From Hyphomicrobiales bacterium (GTDB lineage Bacteria; Pseudomonadota; Alphaproteobacteria; SPJN01): 64,000 nt of DNA. The DNA lies in the NCBI GenBank assembly GCA_006844605.1, contig SPJN01000013.1, forward strand, positions 760-64,759, read 5' to 3'. Below, one piece after another: positions 57,524 through 64,000 of this stretch (within the stretch, counting starts at the first letter, position 1; the number at the start of each line of letters is the position of its first letter). A program made the position numbers and the translations under genes. Under the pieces are notes generated by a model, which had not been told where the DNA came from, ran no database searches, and saw only the letters and a list, made by a program, of their open reading frames with translations.

Positions 57524-58636
57524 ATGTCTGAACAAATCGGCTCCCTCTTGATTGTCCCCGGTGATGGCATCGGCCCTGAAGCTATGGCACAGGTACAGCG
57601 CATCATCGATTGGATGGGTGACACGCTGGGCAAGACCATCGACACGGAATATGACCTTGTCGGCGGTGCTGCCATTGACGCGCATGGTGTGCCGATTCAT
57701 GACGACACAATGGTCAAGGCACAGGCGGTTGACGCTGTTTTGCTTGGCGCTGTTGGTGGCCCGAAATGGGATGATCTGGATTTTTCGATCAAGCCGGAAC
57801 GGGGTCTGTTGCGCCTGCGGTCAGAACTTGGCCTGTTCGCAAATCTGCGTCCCGCCGTATGTTTTGAAGCATTGGTCGATTCGTCCTCGCTGAAGCCTGA
57901 AGTTGTTGCGGGCCTAGACATCATGATTGTTCGTGAATTGACGGGCGGCATCTATTTTGGCGAACCGCGCGGCATCGAAGACATGCCCGATGGGCAGCGT
58001 CGCGGCTTCAACACGCAGACCTATACGACGAATGAAATTCGCCGTGTCGCCAAGGTGGCGTTTGATTTGGCGCGCAAGCGTGATGGTCGCGTGACGTCTT
58101 GTGAAAAAGCCAATGTGATGGAATCAGGCATCTTGTGGCGCGAAGAAGTGACCAAGCTGCATGGCGAAGGCTATGACGATATTGAACTGTCGCACATGTA
58201 TGCCGATAACGCGGCGATGCAGTTGGTGCGTGCGCCCAAACAATTCGACGTGATGGTCACGGATAATCTGTTCGGTGATATTCTGTCTGATGCTGCGGCT
58301 ATGCTGACAGGCTCCCTTGGTATGTTGCCGTCTGCGTCGCTTGGTGCGCCGGACCCCGCAACGGGACGGGCAAAGGCCATGTACGAACCGGTACACGGGT
58401 CTGCCCCCGATATTACGGGTCAGGGCATTGCCAACCCGATTGCCACGATCATGAGCTTTGCGATGGCATTGCGTTACACATTTGATCAGGGTGACATTGC
58501 TGACCGTATTGAAGATGCGGTGAAAACAGTACTGGCCAAAAAAATCCGTACAGGCGACATCATGTGTGATGGCGCAAAACAGGTGGGCACAGAAGAGATG
58601 GGCACAGCCATCATCGCTGAACTGAACGCCGCCTAG
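57524..58636 (+). CDS. leuB: 3-isopropylmalate dehydrogenase
   Basis: Trimmed to the ATG at 57524 (Shine-Dalgarno 'aaggaaag'). '[12 protein letters not shown]', 'NLFGDILSD'. Confidence 0.9.
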   Translation: MSEQIGSLLIVPGDGIGPEAMAQVQRIIDWMGDTLGKTIDTEYDLVGGAAIDAHGVPIHDDTMVKAQAVDAVLLGAVGGPKWDDLDFSIKPERGLLRLRSELGLFANLRPAVCFEALVDSSSLKPEVVAGLDIMIVRELTGGIYFGEPRGIEDMPDGQRRGFNTQTYTTNEIRRVAKVAFDLARKRDGRVTSCEKANVMESGILWREEVTKLHGEGYDDIELSHMYADNAAMQLVRAPKQFDVMVTDNLFGDILSDAAAMLTGSLGMLPSASLGAPDPATGRAKAMYEPVHGSAPDITGQGIANPIATIMSFAMALRYTFDQGDIADRIEDAVKTVLAKKIRTGDIMCDGAKQVGTEEMGTAIIAELNAA

Positions 58637-58663
58637 GAATAGAGTTTGAAAAGGAATAGACCG

Positions 58664-59686
58664 ATGGGTCTTCATATAGCAGTTGCCGGTGCCACCGGTG
58701 TTGTTGGACAGGAAATGCTGAACATCTTGGCGGAACGGGGTTTGCCCGTGTCTGAGGTGACGGCGCTTGCCTCGTCCCGCTCAATCGGCAGGGACGTGTC
58801 GTTCGGCGATCGGACCATTCAGTGCAAGTCGCTGACCGATTTTGATTTCGCCGGTGTTGATATTGCCCTGTTTGCAGCTGGCGGTGACGTTGCGGCGGAA
58901 CATGCGCCGCGTGCGGCCAAGGCTGGTGCGATTGTGATCGACAATTCAAGCCATTTTCGGATGGACCCCGATGTGCCGTTAATTGTGCCCGAAGTAAACG
59001 CGGACGCGGTTGCAGGTTATGGCAAGAAGAACATTATCGCCAATCCCAACTGCTCCACCGCGCAGCTTGTGGTGGCGTTGAAGCCGCTGCATGACGCCTA
59101 TGGCATCAAGCGTGTTGTGGTGTCGACCTATCAGTCAGCATCCGGTGCGGGCAAGGACGGGATGGATGAGTTGTTCAACCAGACCCGTGCGATTTATGTA
59201 AATGATCCGGTTGAGCCGGCCCAGTTCACCAAGCAGATCGCCTTCAACGTGATCCCCCATATCGACAAGTTTATGGGCGATGGCGCCACAAAAGAAGAAT
59301 GGAAGATGACGGTCGAGACGCGCAAGATCATCGATCCGAAGATTGAGCTGTTCGCCACTTGCGTGCGCGTGCCGGTCTTTGTCGGCCATTCAGAAGCTGT
59401 CACGATTGAGTGTGAGAAGCCCGTTGATGAGGATGAAGCGCGCGAGATTTTGCGCGTGGCACCGGGGCTGATGATTGTCGATAAGCGTGAAGATGGCGGC
59501 TATATCACCCCGCAGGAATGTGTTGGTGATTTCGCCACCTATATCAGCCGCATTCGCCGCGACCCGACCGTTGATAATGGGTTGGCGCTGTGGTGCGTGT
59601 CTGACAATTTGCGCAAGGGCGCGGCGCTGAACGCTGTGCAGATTGCTGAGTTGCTGCTCGACCGCGGTATTGTCAAGGCTGATTAA
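58664..59686 (+). CDS. asd: aspartate-semialdehyde dehydrogenase
   Basis: Trimmed to the ATG at 58664. 'IAVAGATGVVGQ', active-site 'NPNCSTAQL'. Confidence 0.9.
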   Translation: MGLHIAVAGATGVVGQEMLNILAERGLPVSEVTALASSRSIGRDVSFGDRTIQCKSLTDFDFAGVDIALFAAGGDVAAEHAPRAAKAGAIVIDNSSHFRMDPDVPLIVPEVNADAVAGYGKKNIIANPNCSTAQLVVALKPLHDAYGIKRVVVSTYQSASGAGKDGMDELFNQTRAIYVNDPVEPAQFTKQIAFNVIPHIDKFMGDGATKEEWKMTVETRKIIDPKIELFATCVRVPVFVGHSEAVTIECEKPVDEDEAREILRVAPGLMIVDKREDGGYITPQECVGDFATYISRIRRDPTVDNGLALWCVSDNLRKGAALNAVQIAELLLDRGIVKAD

Positions 59687-59769
59687 TCAACTAGCCGATT
59701 GAGGCTCGCGCAATTTTTTGGTCGCGCAGCCAGACGCAAAACCGGTTCCCACTTTGCTGGCTGTCGCTC

Positions 59770-60633
59770 CTATGCCTTGCCGATAGCAACAGTGGTCAGC
59801 GGATTGATCAGCCGTTCCTGATTGGCGATCAACAACAGCTCGTCCGCATTGGCCCGATCTGTGGCCTGCAATATATCGAATAGAGAGCCGCTGGCCTGGG
59901 CGAGAGCCTGTTCCAGCGGCCTTCTTTTCAGCAGCCCGCTTAACAACAGCGCGGTTAACAGGTCACCAGCGCCCTTAAAGTCGCCGCCGCCTTCGGTGCC
60001 GGCGCCGATCTTCTGGGTTGCGATGACGTAAGCCTCCTTCGGTTTCACCAGTAATGTTTGGATCTGTCCGGGAAAGCGGGCGGTGTCTTCCATTGATGTC
60101 ACAATGGTGATCGGATTGTTGGGCAACAGGCGCGCCGCTGCCACCCCATCGCCAATGGTGGCGGGGGCCTCGTCATGATCCAGCATTGTTGCCAGCTCAT
60201 ACCTGTTGGGGGTGACATAATCGGCGCGCGGGATCAGATCATCCATGATCCCTTCGACGATATTCGCATCAATATAGGGGCCGGATGCATCACCGATCAC
60301 CGGATCACAGATATAAAGCGCGTCGGGGTTCGCCGCCTTGACCCGGTCCACCGCATCAACCAGCGCATCGATCTGCTCATCCTCGCCGATATAGCCGGTC
60401 AGGATGGCATTCACCTTCGGCAGCCAGCCATTTTCTTCCAAGCCATCCACCATATCGATCAATGTGCCGACAGGTTGCGCTGCGCCCTTGTGACTTCCAT
60501 GACCGGGATGGTTGGAATACAGCACCGTGGGCACGCCCCACACCGAATGGCCCAACCGTTGCAACGCAAATTGCGCGGCGGAGTTTCCCACATGGCCGCG
60601 CACGACTTGGGAATGAAAGGATAGAACTGCCAT
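59770..60633 (-). CDS. pdxY: pyridoxal/pyridoxamine kinase (PdxY/PdxK family)
   Basis: 'VLSFHSQVVRGHVGNSAA' and the ribokinase-like fold 'DPVIGD'. Confidence 0.7.
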   Translation of the reverse strand: MAVLSFHSQVVRGHVGNSAAQFALQRLGHSVWGVPTVLYSNHPGHGSHKGAAQPVGTLIDMVDGLEENGWLPKVNAILTGYIGEDEQIDALVDAVDRVKAANPDALYICDPVIGDASGPYIDANIVEGIMDDLIPRADYVTPNRYELATMLDHDEAPATIGDGVAAARLLPNNPITIVTSMEDTARFPGQIQTLLVKPKEAYVIATQKIGAGTEGGGDFKGAGDLLTALLLSGLLKRRPLEQALAQASGSLFDILQATDRANADELLLIANQERLINPLTTVAIGKA

Positions 60634-60778
60634 AAATGTTGACCCTGCCCGTTACGCTGTTCTGACTTTATCTTTTTGTCCGCCAGTATCGTTGGCGGCG
60701 AGGTTGCGGAATCATTGTCCGCAGTGAACCACTCTTTTATAGTCGGTGAAAGTCAAGAATTCAAAAGTGAGTCGTTTC

Positions 60779-61666
60779 ATGTCGATTGAGCAAACAGTCA
60801 AGCCCCGCCGTTCCGTCCTTTATATGCCCGGCTCCAACGCCCGCGCCCTTGAAAAGGCCAAGTCATTGGCGGCCGATGCCGTCATTCTGGACCTTGAGGA
60901 TGCGGTCGCCCCCGATGCGAAGGAAGCGGCAAGGGATCAGGTGATCGCCGCTGTGAAGGCAGGCGGCTTTGGCGGGCGCGAGGTGATCATCCGCGCCAAC
61001 GCGCTGGGCACCAGTTGGGGCAGTGCCGACCTTGCCGCCATCGCCCAATCAGGCGCAGACGGTGTGCTGTTGCCCAAGGTGGAAAGCGCTGGCGACATTC
61101 ACCGCGCTGAACAAACGCTGAAAAATGCGGGCGCACCCGATAGCCTTGCCATCTGGTCGATGATCGAAACCCCCCGCGCGATTTTGCATTTGGAGGCGAT
61201 TGCCGACGCGTCGGAACGCCAAAAGGTGTGGGTCATGGGCACCAATGATTTGGTGAAGGACATGCAGGCGCAATTCGTGCCGGGCCGTTCCCCCCTGTTG
61301 CCGATCCTGACCTTCGCCGTTTTGGCAGGCCGCGCCGCCGGGCTGACGCTGCTCGATGGCGTGTATAATGACATTAAGGACGCGGATGGCTTTGCCGCCG
61401 AATGCCGTCAGGGCCTGAATATGGGGTTTGATGGCAAGACACTAATCCATCCCAGCCAACTTGCCCCCGCCAATGAAACCTTTGCTCCCACTGCTGACGA
61501 GGTGACGTTTGCCAAACAAGTCATCGCCGCGTTTGAAGCGCCTGAGGCTGCGGGCAAGGGCGTGTTGAAGGTTGAGGGGAAGATGGTCGAACTGCTGCAC
61601 CGTGATCAGGCCCTGCGCACTGTCAAGATCGCCGATGCGATTGCCCAACAAGAAGGGGCAGGCTGA
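60779..61666 (+). CDS. HpcH/HpaI-CitE-family malyl-CoA lyase/thioesterase (Mcl-like)
   Basis: Trimmed to the ATG at 60779; the track start 60746 is GTG. 'VLYMPGSNARALEKAKSLAADAVILDLEDAV', 'MIETPRA'. Lies next to a mesaconyl-CoA hydratase-like gene. Confidence 0.6.
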   Translation: MSIEQTVKPRRSVLYMPGSNARALEKAKSLAADAVILDLEDAVAPDAKEAARDQVIAAVKAGGFGGREVIIRANALGTSWGSADLAAIAQSGADGVLLPKVESAGDIHRAEQTLKNAGAPDSLAIWSMIETPRAILHLEAIADASERQKVWVMGTNDLVKDMQAQFVPGRSPLLPILTFAVLAGRAAGLTLLDGVYNDIKDADGFAAECRQGLNMGFDGKTLIHPSQLAPANETFAPTADEVTFAKQVIAAFEAPEAAGKGVLKVEGKMVELLHRDQALRTVKIADAIAQQEGAG

Positions 61667-62685
61667 TGTCGCGCTATTTCGAAGATTTCAAATTGGGTGA
61701 AGTCATCACCCATGCTACCCCGCGCACCTTAACGGCAGGGGATCAGGGCATGTATATGGCGCTTTATGGCTCGCGCTTTGCCCTGCATACCAGTGCACCC
61801 TTTGCGCAGGCCATTGGCTACCCCGCCATGCCGCTTGATGATCTGTTGGTCTTTCACACGGTGTTCGGCAAAACCGTGCCGGACGTGTCGATCAATGCTG
61901 TGGCGAATTTGGGCTATGCACAGGGGGTGTTCCGCGTGCCTGTTGTGGCGGGCGACACATTGCGTAGTGAAAGCGAAGTGATCGGCCTTAAACAAAATTC
62001 AAACGGTAAAACCGGCACCGTCTATGTCCATACGCGGGGCTATAATCAACGGAATGACCTTGCGCTTGACTATCGCCGTTGGGTGCTGGTTGAAAAGCGT
62101 GACCATGATGCCCCTGCGCCTGAAACAACAGTGCCGGACCTGCCCGATGCCGTGACCGCAGCTGATTTGGTGCCCCCGGCAGGCTTTGCCAGTGATGGGT
62201 ATGATTGTACAGCGGCGGGTAGTGACAAGCGGTTTGCTGATTTCCAGATTGGGGATAAGATTGATCACGGCCCCGGCCAAACGGTTGAGGATGCGGAGCA
62301 TCAACTCGCCACCCGCCTATATCAGAACACCGCGAAGGTGCATTTTGACGGCTTTGCTGCACAAGCAGGCCGCTTTGGCAAACGGCTGATCTATGGCGGG
62401 CATGTGATTTCATTGGCCCGCGCGATGAGCTTTAATGGATTGGAAAACGCGTTTGCCTTGGCGGCTATCAATGGCGGTACGCACAAGGCCCCGCTGTTCG
62501 CAGGCGATACTGTCTATGCATGGACGGAGGTGCTGGACAAGGCTGAGGTGGGGGACCAAGGGGCAAAACCGGGCGCGCTGCGTCTGCGCACCATCGCGAC
62601 CAAGAACCAGCCCTGCAATGCTTTCCCGTCTAAGGACGACGACGCCACGATCCTGATTTTCGATTATTGGGCGTGGTGTGTTTGA
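61666..62685 (+). CDS. mch: double-MaoC (hot-dog) dehydratase, mesaconyl-CoA hydratase-like
   Basis: 339 aa with two MaoC-like halves. Paired with an mcl-like gene, as in the ethylmalonyl-CoA / methylaspartate pathways. Confidence 0.6.
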   Translation: MSRYFEDFKLGEVITHATPRTLTAGDQGMYMALYGSRFALHTSAPFAQAIGYPAMPLDDLLVFHTVFGKTVPDVSINAVANLGYAQGVFRVPVVAGDTLRSESEVIGLKQNSNGKTGTVYVHTRGYNQRNDLALDYRRWVLVEKRDHDAPAPETTVPDLPDAVTAADLVPPAGFASDGYDCTAAGSDKRFADFQIGDKIDHGPGQTVEDAEHQLATRLYQNTAKVHFDGFAAQAGRFGKRLIYGGHVISLARAMSFNGLENAFALAAINGGTHKAPLFAGDTVYAWTEVLDKAEVGDQGAKPGALRLRTIATKNQPCNAFPSKDDDATILIFDYWAWCV

Positions 62686-63824
62686 TTCGCTTCGGGCGGT
62701 TTAATGCGAACACGATCGAGTATCCAATCAGCGAACCCTAGGCGTGCAGCTTCGCTCGATATCTTTTTCCGGTACCAAGCATCTAGAATTTTTCCCTTTT
62801 TTTCAAAATCTTTGCTTAAGCTTGTGCGAACGTTTTTAAGGGAACTAGATTCATCAGTGTTTTGGAACCAAATGAAACGCTGCCAACGATCATATTCGAG
62901 GAAGCCTTGGGCATAGGCTTTTAGTTCTTTGGGATTGGAATATGACTTTGCTTGTACGCAAGCAGTTGCTTCAGCGGCTGGGATGACTAAATCTAAATCA
63001 AAGAAGAATTGCTGGCCTCCGGTTTTTGTGACTTGTTGCCATCCGAGGCGAGAAAAAATTTTCTCGGCAAGAATTTCAAATTCATAGGGGTTTAGCATTC
63101 CAATCAACCCATGCAATTTTTCAGCAAGTTGTTCGACCTTTTGGTCTGCGTCCAATACAGCGTCCAGTTCCCGGTTTTGTAATTTTTGTTTGAGATATTG
63201 GGTTTCCATTGATGTGTAACCGCAGCTAGTCCCCCTAAAAGCAGCCTTTTGGGATACGGTTCCTGCCAAGGAAAATATGTGCAGAGACTTCTTGTTTCCT
63301 TCCAGCGGCGTGTCGTGCCAACCGGATTGGGTACGGAAGCATATTTGCGATTCACCGTTTTCAAAGCTCTGAATGGTTCCGCTTTCAGGTTCTATGAAGC
63401 ACCAATAAAGCTGTTGCTTGTGAATGGTAGTCCAAATCACATTTCCCACGTCGCCAAATAACGCCTTTGCCTGATTTGTGATATTTGATGCCATTCCCTC
63501 TTTGTATTGGCGGTGTTTTCGATAATAATTCGCCAGCGCGGATTTGTCGATTGCGTCGGGTAATTGCTTAAGCGTTTCCTGAATATTTGCGTTGTTCACA
63601 AGGCCATGCTGCAGCAGTGCCTTCAATTCGGTTTCTGGAAATGGTTTCAGGCACGCAAGTTGAAATGCCACGGGCTCTTCAAAACCGAATCCGAAACAAA
63701 CTAGACCGTTTTCTAAGCAGTGCTTGGCAAAACGGTTTGCTTTGCCCAACTTTATGTAACGTGCACCGGCGGCACCCTCAATTTGTGAGATACTGTGGGA
63801 GTCGTGTGAGTGATCTTGTTCCAT
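62664..63824 (-). CDS. hypothetical protein with C-terminal Mrr-like (PD-DxK / QxK) restriction-endonuclease domain; low-GC gene
   Basis: 386 aa. The C-terminus 'FFFDLDLVIPAAEATACVQAKSYSNP' resembles the Mrr_cat 'D…(Q/E)xK' motif (compare 'VYVQAKRY' in the Mrr at 2100). About 43 % GC. It overlaps the mch 3' end by 22 bp on the opposite strand. AT-rich DNA continues to the window end. Confidence 0.45.
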   Translation of the reverse strand: MEQDHSHDSHSISQIEGAAGARYIKLGKANRFAKHCLENGLVCFGFGFEEPVAFQLACLKPFPETELKALLQHGLVNNANIQETLKQLPDAIDKSALANYYRKHRQYKEGMASNITNQAKALFGDVGNVIWTTIHKQQLYWCFIEPESGTIQSFENGESQICFRTQSGWHDTPLEGNKKSLHIFSLAGTVSQKAAFRGTSCGYTSMETQYLKQKLQNRELDAVLDADQKVEQLAEKLHGLIGMLNPYEFEILAEKIFSRLGWQQVTKTGGQQFFFDLDLVIPAAEATACVQAKSYSNPKELKAYAQGFLEYDRWQRFIWFQNTDESSSLKNVRTSLSKDFEKKGKILDAWYRKKISSEAARLGFADWILDRVRIKPPEANQTHHAQ

Positions 63825-64000
63825 ATGTAGCCCATTTGCGGTTGGTATTGATGATGAACTGCGTTGTTATCCATCTTGCGTCAGAGTCTTTTCCGTTATT
63901 AATTTGCGGCAGCCTGAAAACTCTGACGGTTCAACGCGTTTGACCTTGAATTATGTGTGGCTTCAACCATTGAGTGAAATCAGCGGCAGGTCAAGGCGGC

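Noticed and set aside
1-64000. CRISPR arrays or rRNA genes
   Set aside because: No spaced direct-repeat array was found. The only tandem repeats (27237-27272, 53092-53118, 23363/23483) are short, in-frame and coding. No rRNA-like sequence is present.

Overview
High-GC (roughly 58-62 %) alphaproteobacterial chromosome segment that looks Rhodobacterales-like. Only some of the ORFs in the supplied track are real; most antisense or overlapping ORFs are GC-rich frame artefacts. (1) Positions 1 to about 12.5 kb form a low-GC, tRNA-Val(GAC)-linked integrative defence island. It carries a partial gene, a tyrosine integrase, an AlpA-like excisionase and a divergent XRE regulator. One tightly packed plus-strand gene run follows: an Mrr type IV restriction enzyme, an MmeI-family type IIL restriction-modification enzyme, and a translationally coupled module of a ~314 aa unknown protein, an SF2 DExH helicase and a T5orf172/GIY-YIG-like protein. 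The helicase module resembles Hachiman but may be undescribed in this three-gene form. Next comes a retron-like cassette: a candidate msr-msd ncRNA with a perfect 26-bp hairpin, a SLOG/NDT-like effector with a winged helix, and a reverse transcriptase with the NAxxH and VTG motifs. The cassette ends 137 bp from the 3' end of tRNA-Val. (2) 12.6-16.2 kb holds housekeeping genes: an ABM monooxygenase, a Gfo/Idh/MocA oxidoreductase, a Zn alcohol dehydrogenase and an OmpA lipoprotein. (3) 16.5-25.5 kb is a six-gene transmembrane phospho-signalling operon. It contains two periplasmic trypsin-like proteases fused to cytoplasmic FHA domains, a Hanks kinase with three periplasmic PG-binding repeats and an FGE-sulfatase domain, two FHA proteins (one acidic, with a duplicated EETMVLGR motif) and a PP2C phosphatase. 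(4) 25.5-27.6 kb has an EF-hand protein and an ECF sigma / anti-sigma / His-rich ZraP-like set. (5) 27.6-32.2 kb is an exosortase-CPBP protease fusion (XrtE-like) locus. It has three 55-57 aa VPEIS/APEVS-CTERM mini-proteins that are absent from the ORF track, and two sterol-desaturase-family paralogs. (6) The rest is core metabolism: acnA, a crotonase, a complete ccmABCDEFGHI operon (including an untracked ccmD), NUDIX, FkbM, yciB, DMT, ftsY-mtaB-dapF, ffh-rpsP-rimM/trmD-rplS, leuC-[low-GC insert]-leuD-leuB, asd, pdxY and mcl-mch. (7) A low-GC gene with an Mrr-like (QxK) nuclease domain sits at the right edge. No CRISPR array and no rRNA were found.
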